Positions 21,531 to 32,495 of a stretch of 64,000 bases of DNA are shown piece by piece (within the stretch, counting starts at the first letter, position 1; every line of letters begins with the position of its first letter). The notes beneath the pieces were generated by a model. That model searched no databases. It was not told the DNA's origin and saw nothing but the letters and a program-made list of their open reading frames with translations. Source of the DNA: an uncultured cyanobacterium (GTDB taxonomy: Bacteria; Cyanobacteriota; Cyanobacteriia; Cyanobacteriales; CAWCAG01); assembly GCA_963803805.1 (NCBI GenBank), contig CAWDOD010000004.1, positions 416,001 through 480,000 of the forward strand, read 5' to 3'. The translations under genes and the position numbers were made by a program.

Positions 21531-23417
21531 TCAGCTATTCAAGTAAGTATAACTATTCAAACTACGCTCATAATTTTGCAGTAAAAGTCGCGACTCCGCT
21601 AAGGTAATCTTCTCTTCTTGCAGGGCTTTTTCTGTACGCTGACGAATCTTCTCTATTAAAGCTTGAGCATCATATTCTACATAACTGAGAACCTCAGCGA
21701 TTCCATCCCCTTTCACAACTCTTTCTACTTCATAACCTTTGGCTGTCGTTTTAATATGCACTAAATTAGTACTACCAAATAGGTTATGAAGATTGCCCAT
21801 AATTTCTTGATAAGCTCCAACTAAAAACATTCCTAAACAGTATTGAGAGTTATTTTTTAAGGGGTGAAGTTCTAAAAGGTTTTTAGGTTTATGGGTATCA
21901 ATGAATTGGTCAATTTTGCCGTCACTATCGCAAGTCAAGTCTGCCAGAAAGCCTTTTTGGGTGGGCTTTTCTCCTAAGCGATGGATGGGCATAATGGGAA
22001 AAAGTTGGTTAATTGCCCAGGTGTCAGGGGCTGAACGAAAAACAGAAAGGTTTATATGATAAATAGATGCTAAAGATTGAGCTAAATTCTGCAAATCTTC
22101 AGGAACATATTCTTGATGTTCGGTAATTTGAAAAATCTTTTCGCAACAAGCCCAATATAACTGTTCTGCCCTTGCCCTTTGTTGCAAACTTAAATAACCA
22201 AAACTAAATAAACTAATTGCTTCTTCTTTGAACTGAATAGCATCGTGGTAACTTTCTTGATAATTTTCTAGGTTAATTGTGTGATAAGTTTCCCAGAGAT
22301 TGCGAATAATTAAATGTTCTTTTTCGGTTAAAACTTGAGGTGGTTGAGAAAGGATATCACTGGTATCAAGAACATCAAAAATAAGTATCGATTGATGGGA
22401 AGCGATCGCCCTGCCACTTTCGCTAATCAAAATCGGCGCAGCTATATTTCTTTCTTCACAAACTTCAGATACTTCTGCCACAATATCGTTGGCATAGTTT
22501 TGCATATTATAGTTTTTGGAACCATGAAAGTTCGTTTTAGAGCCATCATAATCTACTCCCAAACCACCACCCACATCAAGGTATTGCATATTTGCCCCTA
22601 ACTTCACTAGTTCCCCGTAAATCTGACTAGCTTCGCGAATAGCATCTTTAATGACACTAATGGCGGAAATTTGCGAACCAATATGGAAGTGAAGAAGTTG
22701 CAAACAGGACAACATTTCTGCTTTGTCTAATTGCTTAACCACTTCTAAAATTTGCGGTATGGTTAAGCCGCACTTTGCCCCGTCTCCAGTAGAATTGCCC
22801 CAATGCCCTGAACCTCTACTGTTGAGTTTCGCCCTTACCCCCAAAGTGGGGGCAATACCTAGTTTTTGACTAATTTCTAAAACTAAAGCTAATTCCGATT
22901 GCTGTTCAATGACAATTACCGGATTTTGCCCTAGACGCTTTGCTAACAAGGCAGTTTCTAAGTAGGCATAGTCTTTATAGCCATTACAAATTAATAGTGC
23001 TTCTGAAGGTTCTAAAGTTGCTAGGGCGATGGTTAATTCTGGTTTTGAACCTGTTTCTAAACCAAACTGGTAGGGTTTACCAAAATGAACTAAATCTTCA
23101 ATGAGATAGCTATGTTGATTGCATTTAACCGGATAAACACCGCGATAGGTATTTGGATAGTTATATCTAGCGATCGCCTTAGCAAAACAGCTATTTAAAC
23201 GTTTGAGGCGAGTAGCCAGGATATCCGGGAAGCGAATCAGTAAAGGAAGTTCAATATCCCTTTCTTGTAAGGATTGTACCAATTCCCACAAATCTAAAAC
23301 CTGACTGGAATCCCCTTGAGGAGAAACTATCACATGACCATGAGAATTAATACTAAAGTAAGGTTCTCCCCAACTTTGAATGCGATATAATTTTTGACTA
23401 TCTTCAATAGACCACAT
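21531..23417 (-). CDS. speA: Biosynthetic arginine decarboxylase
   Basis: YPVKCNQ, GSKPEL, HFHIGSQ, DVGGGLG, TCDSDG, GAYQEIMG. Confidence 0.95.
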   Translation of the reverse strand: MWSIEDSQKLYRIQSWGEPYFSINSHGHVIVSPQGDSSQVLDLWELVQSLQERDIELPLLIRFPDILATRLKRLNSCFAKAIARYNYPNTYRGVYPVKCNQHSYLIEDLVHFGKPYQFGLETGSKPELTIALATLEPSEALLICNGYKDYAYLETALLAKRLGQNPVIVIEQQSELALVLEISQKLGIAPTLGVRAKLNSRGSGHWGNSTGDGAKCGLTIPQILEVVKQLDKAEMLSCLQLLHFHIGSQISAISVIKDAIREASQIYGELVKLGANMQYLDVGGGLGVDYDGSKTNFHGSKNYNMQNYANDIVAEVSEVCEERNIAAPILISESGRAIASHQSILIFDVLDTSDILSQPPQVLTEKEHLIIRNLWETYHTINLENYQESYHDAIQFKEEAISLFSFGYLSLQQRARAEQLYWACCEKIFQITEHQEYVPEDLQNLAQSLASIYHINLSVFRSAPDTWAINQLFPIMPIHRLGEKPTQKGFLADLTCDSDGKIDQFIDTHKPKNLLELHPLKNNSQYCLGMFLVGAYQEIMGNLHNLFGSTNLVHIKTTAKGYEVERVVKGDGIAEVLSYVEYDAQALIEKIRQRTEKALQEEKITLAESRLLLQNYERSLNSYTYLNS

Positions 23418-23443
23418 GAGGGATAGTTATCAGTTATCAATGA

Positions 23444-23470
23444 TGCCTAACGGCAACGGCAAGCCGAACA
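23444..23470 (+). repeat. Short dispersed repeat, copy 2
   Basis: TGCCTAACGGCAACGGCAAGCCGAACA within CAGTTAT-like heptamers. Confidence 0.8.
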
Positions 23471-23561
23471 ATGATCAGTTACTAGCAACTAGCCATTGAT
23501 CATTTTATTAACAAAGAATAAACTGATATGGTCACATTATCGAACATTTAGTAGGTAAAGG

Positions 23562-24191
23562 GTGAGAGCATCAATGCTCAGTTCAACAAATAATTCTCTA
23601 CCAAAACAAGAAAGTCCTAATATTGTCAAAAAGCTAGTCAGTCATTATCCTGTGGCTTTTTTTACTACCATAGGCATTTCCGTAGCCATTGTGGGAATTA
23701 GTGCTATGACTGCACTATTAGATCCTGGGGAAATTGAACCTCCTGCTTCGCGATCTTTACCTTCCCCAACAGTTTTTGAAGAACCTGAACCAGAATATAA
23801 TCTACCTCCTTTGTGGTTAATTGGGGCGATTATAACTAGTGGAGTAGTGGGTGTTGTTTTGGTGAGGCAGGGCTGGAAACATAAAGCTTTGTTAATTAAG
23901 CCCCTCAAAAACTTAAAATTCAACCTGCCCAAACCGCAGAAGAAGCGGCGAATTGTTCGTAAAAAGCGCCCGAAAGCAAGTTTAAACCTGCCTCAGATTT
24001 CTGCTGGTTATAATCAACAACCAAACCTAGAACCACAAGTTACAGTACTACCTCCTCATCAACCCAACTCTTTAGATGACAAAAAACAAACTTTAGCCGA
24101 AGAAATGGACTTGCGTAAGGAGTATTCTCTGATTTCCTTAATGCGGACAGGAGAACTTAAAAAATCTCAGCAAATAGAATTAACCCCTTGA
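23562..24191 (+). CDS. Hypothetical membrane protein (2 TM)
   Basis: Two hydrophobic helices, basic linker, C-terminal LAEEMDLRK. Confidence 0.65.
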   Translation: MRASMLSSTNNSLPKQESPNIVKKLVSHYPVAFFTTIGISVAIVGISAMTALLDPGEIEPPASRSLPSPTVFEEPEPEYNLPPLWLIGAIITSGVVGVVLVRQGWKHKALLIKPLKNLKFNLPKPQKKRRIVRKKRPKASLNLPQISAGYNQQPNLEPQVTVLPPHQPNSLDDKKQTLAEEMDLRKEYSLISLMRTGELKKSQQIELTP

Positions 24192-24269
24192 CAGAAGAAT
24201 AATTCTCATCTTAACTCCTAGTATCGATATGGGCTGCGATCGCTCTTTCTATATAGGAAGGTTTTGGCT

Positions 24270-25508
24270 ATGGGTAATCCTTTTACTAATTGGTTGTATT
24301 CTCTTAAGTTTCGTGGTGCTTTGAAACAAGGCAACGAAAGAAAAGCGAAACAAATTTTGCAGGAAAGGGAAGGGGCAGGGGCTAAACTTTCTTTGTTACA
24401 ACAGATTTATCGTAAACAGTTAAAGACAGAACAATCTTTAGATTTTTATAAGCGAGAGTTAGCCACAGCATCAGGGCGTTGGCAACATGATTTACCAGAA
24501 GAAGTTTCTCAACCGAGGCAAGAAAATTTAGTTTCTCCCAACTCAGAATTTATTCATTTTATTCATACAAGCTACAAAATTGTTCAACAAGGTGAACATG
24601 AATTGCTTTGTACCGGCATAGAAAAACGAACTTTTAGAGAGTTTGAATCAGCCTTAGCAGACTTTCTACAAAAAGAATTTGCTAAAGTGCCAGAAAGCAG
24701 ACTTAAAGAAGAATTGAGTTTAGCTATAAACGATTTCCAACATGAACAAGAATATAATTTTAAGCTTAGTCCTCACACTTACTTAATGAGCGGTTTTTTG
24801 GATAATGTTTATAGTAATTATCTCGCTTGGTTTTTGATTTATGAAGCAGGTTTAATGCCCCAAACTATTCGGTTACTAGATATCGGGGCAGGGGTAGGAA
24901 ATGTAGTTTACGGGTTGGCTTTACTTTTAGAAAGTACTAAATATTTTTCAAGGATGCCACGTTTACATATTTCCTATTACTCGTTAGAAAAACAATCTTT
25001 GCTTCAATTAAGAGGATTGCAATTTTGGCGCAATTACCTAGAATCACACCAAGCTGTAACTAATACTTATTTCCGCCTCGACACTACCGATATTCTTACC
25101 TATGATCCTAAAACCAGTTCTATACCTAATAATTTCTTCGATTTTATTGTTATTTCCCACTACTCTTTTTCAGAAGTAGCACAGCAAGAAAAAATTAATC
25201 AGATTTATCAACAAATTTGGCAAGCAAGTTTAGCCGATAACGGTTATGTTTTGCTTATAATAGATAGAAAAAATTTGGGGAGTGACCAAGATGATTCTCA
25301 AAAAGAAAGTTGTGATACAGAAGATAGTTTAATAATTCATTTACTAACAGAATTGGGTTTAAGTTTAGAATGGTATAAGCATATTAGTTCTACCCAAGAT
25401 AGTTTAGTAGAAAAACAATATCTTAATCCTCTTAAATCTCAATACTTACAAGAGGAAATCAAGCCATATTATAGCATTGATGACTATATAATTTTAGCTA
25501 AAAAGTAA
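24270..25508 (+). CDS. Hypothetical protein with a SAM-methyltransferase-like domain
   Basis: LLDIGAGVG motif I, FFDFIVISH, LADNGYVLLI. Confidence 0.65.
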   Translation: MGNPFTNWLYSLKFRGALKQGNERKAKQILQEREGAGAKLSLLQQIYRKQLKTEQSLDFYKRELATASGRWQHDLPEEVSQPRQENLVSPNSEFIHFIHTSYKIVQQGEHELLCTGIEKRTFREFESALADFLQKEFAKVPESRLKEELSLAINDFQHEQEYNFKLSPHTYLMSGFLDNVYSNYLAWFLIYEAGLMPQTIRLLDIGAGVGNVVYGLALLLESTKYFSRMPRLHISYYSLEKQSLLQLRGLQFWRNYLESHQAVTNTYFRLDTTDILTYDPKTSSIPNNFFDFIVISHYSFSEVAQQEKINQIYQQIWQASLADNGYVLLIIDRKNLGSDQDDSQKESCDTEDSLIIHLLTELGLSLEWYKHISSTQDSLVEKQYLNPLKSQYLQEEIKPYYSIDDYIILAKK

Positions 25509-25529
25509 TACGACTCTGTTGACTATTGA

Positions 25530-26105
25530 CTATTGACTATTCCCTATTCCCTCTTTAATAACTCGACAAGGATTACCTACTGCAATAACATTATTTGGTA
25601 TATCCTTCGTCACAACACTACCTGCACCGATAGTTACATTTGAACCAATAGAAACTCCAGGACAAATAATTACTCCACCACCAATCCAAACATTATCTCC
25701 AACTTTAATAGGTGCAGCTAGTTCTTTACCAGACAATCTAACTTGGGGGTTAGTAGGATGATAAGCCGTATAAATTTGTACTTTTGGTGCTAATAAAACA
25801 TTATCTCCGAAGTGTACTGTATTGCAATCGAGAATTGTACAATCATAATTTGTATAAAAGTTATCACCAGCAAAAATATGACAGCCGTAATCACAGTAAA
25901 ACGGAGGATTAATGATGGGATTTGTACCAACTTTACCAAACAAACTACGAACAATCTCTTTTCGCTTATTTACTTCATGGGGTTGAGAAAAATTGAAAGA
26001 GTACATTAGCTGACACGCTTTTTCGTGCATCATTGCTAATTCTTTGTCTGTAGGCAAATATAACTCTTCGCTGAGCATTTTCTCCCTTTCTGTTTTTTCT
26101 TTCAT
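25530..26105 (-). CDS. maa: Maltose/sugar O-acetyltransferase
   Basis: PPFYCDYG, hexapeptide repeats, IGAGSVVTKD, GNPCRV. Confidence 0.9.
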   Translation of the reverse strand: MKEKTEREKMLSEELYLPTDKELAMMHEKACQLMYSFNFSQPHEVNKRKEIVRSLFGKVGTNPIINPPFYCDYGCHIFAGDNFYTNYDCTILDCNTVHFGDNVLLAPKVQIYTAYHPTNPQVRLSGKELAAPIKVGDNVWIGGGVIICPGVSIGSNVTIGAGSVVTKDIPNNVIAVGNPCRVIKEGIGNSQ

Positions 26106-26848
26106 AAAGCATCCTTAATAACAGAATCAATCAACTTTTGCATTTGTTCATAATGAGAACCTCGCCAGTAAATTTGATCGCATTTATTACAACGGTGGAA
26201 CTCATTAATATATTGTCTAGTTTTTGGGGGGATACGCTCAAAAACCTCCTCTTTTTCAACTGCTTCCAAACTCCCATTACAACGAATACAACGTCGGAAA
26301 GGTTGTATTAAATTACTAAGCTTGAAACGCTTCAAAACCTCCGTTAATTGTTCTTCTGGATTAGTAGAACGAACATAATAACCGTGGGTAACTAAGCTAC
26401 GCATTAATAGCCCCGTATCGCGAGTTAATAAAATGCGATTTTCGCGATCAGAAATTATTGCTAACTCCTCGTCATCGTAATCATTACGATACCAAGTATC
26501 AAAACCCAACATCCGCAAAGAAGAAGCAAGCTTACCTAAGTGAACATCTAAAATAAAAGTAATAGTTTGCGGTAAATCTGGTCTTAATTTGATTAAGGAA
26601 ATATTTTCTGGGTTTAATGAAATTGGATAAACTTCAATGGAATCGCCATCTTTAACGGAATAAGAAAAATCTACACTTTGCCCATTAACTACAATTTTAT
26701 CAACTTCAGTATGAGGAACGCCCAAAGACTCTATAGTATCTTTAATAGAAGGGTATTTTTTAAAATCGTAGTCAAAACTAACTTCCTTCTTTCGAGAAAG
26801 CAAAAAGAAGTTCAACTCCCCATAAAACCTATAATTTGCTTTAAACAT
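26102..26848 (-). CDS. Mut7-C RNase domain protein with N-terminal ubiquitin-like domain
   Basis: SIKDTIESLGVPHTEV, DVHLGKLA..LRMLGFD, CIRCNG...CNKC...YWRGSH. Confidence 0.9.
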   Translation of the reverse strand: MFKANYRFYGELNFFLLSRKKEVSFDYDFKKYPSIKDTIESLGVPHTEVDKIVVNGQSVDFSYSVKDGDSIEVYPISLNPENISLIKLRPDLPQTITFILDVHLGKLASSLRMLGFDTWYRNDYDDEELAIISDRENRILLTRDTGLLMRSLVTHGYYVRSTNPEEQLTEVLKRFKLSNLIQPFRRCIRCNGSLEAVEKEEVFERIPPKTRQYINEFHRCNKCDQIYWRGSHYEQMQKLIDSVIKDAL

Positions 26849-26923
26849 TGATCATTTATCATTAATGATAGCTTTTCTTTCGTCTAAGCTAAGTAGTGCA
26901 AGATTCGATTTACCCATTACCCA

Positions 26924-27430
26924 TTACTTATCCCCATTCCCACCACCTTGAATATGAACTAAATTATCAAGATTATCCCCATTGATTTTATAAGCAGCAC
27001 CAAAACCAACTACAAATTTACCTTCCGTTGGAGTTAGTTGAAAAATACGAAAATCAGGTAAATCTCGGAAAACATTAATCAATTCTCCAAAGCGTTTCTC
27101 AAAAAGATCAGCTAATTTATGCCACTCTTGGCTTTCCCTAATTATTAATTCCGCAATACAATCAAAAGTCAAGCGGCGACGAGCAAAAACTTGTTGACTT
27201 TTAGACTCATCCTCGATAAACATAACACTTACTTTACCAACAGCAGATAAATTGCGAGTATGGGTAGAAAGACCACTTACAAAAATATAAAAGTTTTTTG
27301 ATTCATCTTCGACAAAAGGTGCATAACTAGCATTAGGTTTACCTTCCGTATTCACTGTACTAAGAATAATACTTTCAAACAAGCTGGTAAAATCTTGATA
27401 AGCAGCTTGTGCCTGTTTAATGTCGCTCAT
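26924..27430 (-). CDS. HugZ/pyridoxamine 5'-phosphate oxidase-like (split-barrel) protein
   Basis: PNASYAPF, SGLSTHTRNL, FARRRLT, VVGFGAAY. Confidence 0.85.
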   Translation of the reverse strand: MSDIKQAQAAYQDFTSLFESIILSTVNTEGKPNASYAPFVEDESKNFYIFVSGLSTHTRNLSAVGKVSVMFIEDESKSQQVFARRRLTFDCIAELIIRESQEWHKLADLFEKRFGELINVFRDLPDFRIFQLTPTEGKFVVGFGAAYKINGDNLDNLVHIQGGGNGDK

Positions 27431-27535
27431 GAATTTTGTTAGAAACTGTAAACTTTCAACGATTTTAACAGCATTAAGTTGAGGGATAATTTTGATAAAA
27501 GGTTATCCTTATACCCCTTACCCTAACTAAACCCA

Positions 27536-27844
27536 GTGTTTAAATTCCTCAACTCACTCCTCAACAGACATCCAGAACAAGTTAAAGCCAACGTAGAAAT
27601 CTATACTTGGCAAACCTGTCCTTATTGTATTCGTGCCAAAATGCTTTTGTGGTGGAAAGGTGTTAACTTCACAGAATATAAAATTGACGGCAACGAAGAA
27701 GCAAGAAACCAAATGGCCCAACGTGCCAACAATAAACGGAGTGTACCGCAGATTTTTATTAATAACCAACATATCGGTGGTTGTGATGATCTTTATGCTT
27801 TGGATAGTCAAGGAAAGTTACAACCTTTGTTGGCTGATAGCTAG
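27536..27844 (+). CDS. grxC: Glutaredoxin 3
   Basis: CPYC, SVPQIFI, GGCDDL. Confidence 0.92.
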   Translation: MFKFLNSLLNRHPEQVKANVEIYTWQTCPYCIRAKMLLWWKGVNFTEYKIDGNEEARNQMAQRANNKRSVPQIFINNQHIGGCDDLYALDSQGKLQPLLADS

Positions 27845-27932
27845 TTGCTAGTTGCTAATAGGAAACAGACTAAAGATAATACTTTTTCCCCATTTCCCCC
27901 TGCTGCCTACTCCCTACTCCCTTCCATTAAGT

Positions 27933-28418
27933 ATGATTCCTGATGAAGCCAGCTATTTAATTCATAGACGTTGGATGGGTAGGGCTTTGGAACTTGCTAA
28001 AGAAGCGGGTGAAGGGGGTGATGTACCTGTAGGTGCATTGGTAACAGATGGGGCAGGAAAACTGCTTGCCGAAGCTAGCAACCGTAAAGAACAAGATCAA
28101 GATCCTACAGCACACGCAGAGATATTGGCTTTGCGTTCAGCCGCTTTAACTTTAGGTAACTGGCATCTTAACCAATGTACCCTATATGTGACCCTAGAAC
28201 CTTGTCCTATGTGTGCTGGGGCAATTATTCAAGGACGGCTAGGTTTGCTCGTTTATGGGGCAGATGACCCCAAAACAGGAACCATTCGCACTGTTGCTAA
28301 CTTTCCTGACAGTCCTTTCTCTAACCACCGTTTGTCCGTCATCGCTGGTGTCAGGGAAGCAGAATGCCGCAAGCAGCTAAAAAGTTGGTTTATGCAAAAG
28401 AGAATTAGTAATCAATAA
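27933..28418 (+). CDS. tadA: tRNA adenosine(34) deaminase
   Basis: VPVGA, TAHAE, TLEPCPMC, GADDPK; ATG at 27933 preferred. Confidence 0.92.
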   Translation: MIPDEASYLIHRRWMGRALELAKEAGEGGDVPVGALVTDGAGKLLAEASNRKEQDQDPTAHAEILALRSAALTLGNWHLNQCTLYVTLEPCPMCAGAIIQGRLGLLVYGADDPKTGTIRTVANFPDSPFSNHRLSVIAGVREAECRKQLKSWFMQKRISNQ

Positions 28419-28445
28419 TGCCTAACGGCAACTGTAAGCCGAACA
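28419..28445 (+). repeat. Short dispersed repeat, copy 3
   Basis: TGCCTAACGGCAACTGTAAGCCGAACA directly after the tadA stop. Confidence 0.75.
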
Positions 28446-28546
28446 GTTACCAGTTATCTTAGTTGTTACTTAACTTCATAATTATTTTGACAGCTTACTA
28501 GTACATAAGTACTATAATGTGAACGATAACTACCTCCGCATTAATT

Positions 28547-29029
28547 ATGAAAGTAGTCTGCCCCCAAAAAGCTAACCCTGTTGAAACAAGAAGGGAGGAA
28601 ACAAAGACTTTTCAGACATCTTCTCAAGTAATTCAGTCTTTACCCATAGAGAAATTTGCAGTACAAAGAGGTACGACAATCAAGCAACGGTTAGGAGAAA
28701 GCTTAGAAGATTTAGAAACCCAAGTACAACAGGTTAACTTATTATCTGTTCAACTAGAAAAATCTGTTTTACGTTTAAAAGCGATCGCCGATTATATTGA
28801 CTTGTCTAGTCGTTATCTTAGTCCCCGCCAAAGCCAAAGAAAACACGTGAGTATTTGCGAATATCCTTCTACCCAAATCCCCACTATTAGACAAAAAAAC
28901 GATGGCCACTTTGTTTTAGTATCTCGTCATATTGATATATTTAAAGCTGAACGCGAAGCTCGTTCTGTTGCTCAAATGCTGCGACGATGGACTCATAAAA
29001 AGCGTAAGATTCCTAGAAAAGAAGAGTAA
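28547..29029 (+). CDS. Hypothetical protein (coiled coil, basic)
   Basis: 160-aa ORF; C-terminal IDIFKAEREA. Confidence 0.65.
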   Translation: MKVVCPQKANPVETRREETKTFQTSSQVIQSLPIEKFAVQRGTTIKQRLGESLEDLETQVQQVNLLSVQLEKSVLRLKAIADYIDLSSRYLSPRQSQRKHVSICEYPSTQIPTIRQKNDGHFVLVSRHIDIFKAEREARSVAQMLRRWTHKKRKIPRKEE

Positions 29030-29123
29030 AATATTTAAGTAGCAAGTAATAAACTTTACTTGTTATTTATATCTATTACTTGTTACTTCTCTTCTGCTTT
29101 CCAATGTTTAATAATAAATGATA

Positions 29124-30683
29124 TCAGTCTTCTGAATTCTGACCTTGAACTCCCCTGACAATTCTCGATAATTGCGACTTTTCATCAACAGCAATACGAG
29201 TAGGAGAACCACTAATAATCCGTTCGTAATTACGGAAAGAATCTTGAATTTGTGGGCCGTCTTTACTAATTATATACTCTCGAATGCCTTTATCATGCCA
29301 AGAACCGCGCATTTTAAACACATTTATTGCCCTAGACATTTCTCCTCTAATTTCTACATACTGCAACATAATAATTGTATCTGTAATTGTAGAAATATGA
29401 GACTCGGTAATCGAATCTGACCCCATAAAACGGTCTGTTGTATTAGTAAAGAAACCGGTTATTTCTTCTTGTTTAGCATAACCAGTAACACCAATCACAA
29501 ATTGTCGAAAAGCATTGTTACTAACTCCTCGTGCTAAAGCAGAAAGAGAGTCAATAGCAATACGGGATGGTTTAAACTCAGCAATTTCTGATTTAATAGT
29601 TTGCAGGTGATCTTCTAAACCAGCAGATTCTGGATAGCAACAAAGAAGTTTTAATAAACCCTTATTTTCCATCTCTTCAAAATCTATACCCCAAGAAAAA
29701 GCATTGCGAGAAAGTTGCGCCCGCGATTCTTCATAGGCAAATAAAATACACCTTTCTCCTTTGGCTCTACCTTCTTGCAAAAACTTACTAACTAATAAAG
29801 TTTTGCCTGTCCCTGTTGCCCCTGTCGCTAAAATAATTGAATCTTTAAAAAAGCCGCCGCCACACATTTCATCTAAGATTTTGATGCCGGAAGAACGACG
29901 TACATTAGAAGATCTTTGGGTAAGGCGCATAGCACCCAGAGGAAAGATATTAATGCCATTATTAGTAATAGTGAAAGGGTACTCTCCTTTCATATGAGTT
30001 GTTCCCCTCAGCTTCAATATTTCTACAGTTCTGCGGCGACGTTCTCCTTCCAAAACATTACGCATTATCACTACATTATCAGAAACAAATTCTTCTACTC
30101 CAAAACGAGCAACTCCTCCATATTCATCTGTTCTCTCCGTTGTCATAATACTTGTTATACCTATTTGCTTAAGCCTAGCTACCAAGCGAAATATTTCTCT
30201 TCTAACTACAGAAGCACCATCATATTGTTGAAAAACTGCTGTCACTGAATCAATAGAAATTCGCTTGGCTTTGTACTTACGAATAGCATATTGAATACGC
30301 TCTATCAAAGCAGAAAGATCGAAATTTCCAACTACTTCCTGCCCCTCTGGATCAGGAGAAGCATCGAGAATAAATAATTTACCTGCATCAACAAGTTTTT
30401 TTAAATCCCAACCAAAACTATAGGCGTTTTTAATAATATCTGTAGGCGATTCTTCAAAGGTAACAAAAATTCCTGGCTCATCGAAATACTTAATACCAAT
30501 ATAAATAAATTGAACAGCCAAAAGAGTTTTACCAGTTCCCGAAGTACCACTCACTAAAGTTGTTCTATGTACCGGCAAACCTCCGTGACTAACTTCATCA
30601 AAGCCTTCAATCATTGTCCGAATCTTTTGGACTCCTAGGGAGGCTAAATCTTTTTTTTGTTGATCTTGATTAGAATTACTCAT
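29124..30683 (-). CDS. kaiC: Circadian clock protein KaiC
   Basis: Two P-loops (GTSGTGKT, GATGTGKT); SHISTITD phosphosites; 519 aa. Confidence 0.98.
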   Translation of the reverse strand: MSNSNQDQQKKDLASLGVQKIRTMIEGFDEVSHGGLPVHRTTLVSGTSGTGKTLLAVQFIYIGIKYFDEPGIFVTFEESPTDIIKNAYSFGWDLKKLVDAGKLFILDASPDPEGQEVVGNFDLSALIERIQYAIRKYKAKRISIDSVTAVFQQYDGASVVRREIFRLVARLKQIGITSIMTTERTDEYGGVARFGVEEFVSDNVVIMRNVLEGERRRRTVEILKLRGTTHMKGEYPFTITNNGINIFPLGAMRLTQRSSNVRRSSGIKILDEMCGGGFFKDSIILATGATGTGKTLLVSKFLQEGRAKGERCILFAYEESRAQLSRNAFSWGIDFEEMENKGLLKLLCCYPESAGLEDHLQTIKSEIAEFKPSRIAIDSLSALARGVSNNAFRQFVIGVTGYAKQEEITGFFTNTTDRFMGSDSITESHISTITDTIIMLQYVEIRGEMSRAINVFKMRGSWHDKGIREYIISKDGPQIQDSFRNYERIISGSPTRIAVDEKSQLSRIVRGVQGQNSED

Positions 30684-30857
30684 TTTTATAGCTAAAAATC
30701 TTAAAATTCGCTAAATTAACTTTTAATAACTTGATATTGTATGGCAATTGCTTTTGAGGTATGAAAACAAAGATGGCTAACACTCTTACTCTTAAGCAAT
30801 CTCTTACTTACCAATATATTTAGAACTGCTATAGGTTAATCAAATATTTTGAAGGCT

Positions 30858-31172
30858 TCAAGTTTCAAAATCTCCATCTCTGATTTCTTCATAAAGAAGA
30901 TCTAGACCAATTAAAACCTTTTCACGATCAGAAAGATCACCAATGATTTTTCTTAAAGGTGGGGGCAAAACCTTAGATAAAGTAGGGGTGGCTAGTATTT
31001 TATCTTCCTCAGCAAGTTGAGGATTTTTAAGAACATCAATTACTTTAAGGGCATAGACTCCTTTAAAATCTTGTTCAAGAATGTTTTTGAGAGTTTTTAA
31101 AGCCCTAACGGAGTTAGGAGTATTTCCAGCTACATAAAGTTTGAGAACGTAGGTTTTTTGAGAGGCACTCAT
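30858..31172 (-). CDS. kaiB: Circadian clock protein KaiB
   Basis: [27 protein letters not shown]. Confidence 0.98.
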   Translation of the reverse strand: MSASQKTYVLKLYVAGNTPNSVRALKTLKNILEQDFKGVYALKVIDVLKNPQLAEEDKILATPTLSKVLPPPLRKIIGDLSDREKVLIGLDLLYEEIRDGDFET

Positions 31173-31191
31173 AATAGTCTTTACCTATTCA

Positions 31192-32175
31192 TTAATCTGT
31201 TAAAGATAAAGCTTCCAAGCTAGGATTTTTTCTGGGTATAGAACGACGATACATTTCACCAAGATGAGCAATAATATCAATCAAAGTGAGACGATAGTCA
31301 AGTAAAATATCTTCACTACGACCTTCTATTTTAAGTTGTTGTGAGAATTCATCCATTATTTCCATGTGAATTTCGACAATTTTGGCTACAGAAAGGTCAG
31401 CAAAAAAAACTTTATTAACAAATTTATCAATTAATTCGTTTACTTGAGTATCAGAGTTAAAATAATTAAGAATGATTTGGCGGTATTCATAACGAAAATT
31501 CTTCAATAAATCATCTTGCTGATCACGAGTAAGGTTCTCAAAGAAATCGTGAGGATTTCTTTTGTAATATACGCCTAAGTAGCCTAACCTTTCCTTTAGT
31601 TTTTCTTCTAAACGTTGCTGCTGTAGTTTGAGGGATTTGAAGCTAGTTTTTGGAGAAGCATTTTTCCAAGGAATAGACTGCGTAGGTAAAGCTTTATTTG
31701 GGGTTAGTTTGATAAATTTAGTTAGTGCTTGCTCAATATTAGTAATGATTTTATCGCTTCTCCTCAAAGGTAGTTGAACCTCGGCTGTATGATAATAATG
31801 GATTATGCAGCAAGGGTAGCTATCGGTCGCTTTTTGAGATAAGTTATTGCTTTGGTATTGTTCTGGTAAATTATTGGGTTTGATAATTACTGCGGGTAAA
31901 AGAACTCCTAATTCGCACAACCTTCTAGTTACCTCTAGTAAAAATAGGGGTGGTGCTTGATGTAAAATTAAACAATCAATTTGCTCTTGATTTGGCTCCA
32001 CAAATTCAAAGAAGTCTTGAGATGAACCTAAAATATTTAAGTTATAATACTCATCCTCTAAATATTTTTCTAGGGAAGATATTAATTCCTTTTTTTTGGT
32101 CAAAGCACAAATTGATAGTTTTGACAATATAGGATTATCGGTATTAGAGTCTATAGATATTTCTTGATCTGCCAT
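31192..32175 (-). CDS. kaiA: Circadian clock protein KaiA
   Basis: KLKERLGYLGVYYKR, LLDYRLTLIDIIAHLGEMYRRS. Confidence 0.97.
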   Translation of the reverse strand: MADQEISIDSNTDNPILSKLSICALTKKKELISSLEKYLEDEYYNLNILGSSQDFFEFVEPNQEQIDCLILHQAPPLFLLEVTRRLCELGVLLPAVIIKPNNLPEQYQSNNLSQKATDSYPCCIIHYYHTAEVQLPLRRSDKIITNIEQALTKFIKLTPNKALPTQSIPWKNASPKTSFKSLKLQQQRLEEKLKERLGYLGVYYKRNPHDFFENLTRDQQDDLLKNFRYEYRQIILNYFNSDTQVNELIDKFVNKVFFADLSVAKIVEIHMEIMDEFSQQLKIEGRSEDILLDYRLTLIDIIAHLGEMYRRSIPRKNPSLEALSLTD

Positions 32176-32495
32176 ATTTCATAGCTAAGCTCATAACAGC
32201 AATTCCTTAATAAAAACTTAACATTTATCGGGCTAACAAAAAACCAACTTTTATTGATAAAGCCCTCGTAATTTTAATTTATTGTAAGCTTTATGCTTTT
32301 TAGGCTCTCTTCAGGGCAATAATTAGATTGGTATCATCTGATTCCTCAAGCAAATATACTCACTATTTCTTTGAATTAACTCCTCTTAGCCTTGAGGCTG
32401 AATAATTTATTTTCTTAAACGTTTCAATACTCTCCAACCTGATGGAGATTTTCTACTTTTAGCTAGATTATGTCTTTTCTTTAAGCAAGTTTTTT

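Noticed and set aside
25520-27921. Heptamer tandem repeats (TGACTAT, TACCCAT, CCTACTC) as a novel signal
   Set aside because: Ordinary cyanobacterial short tandemly repeated sequences
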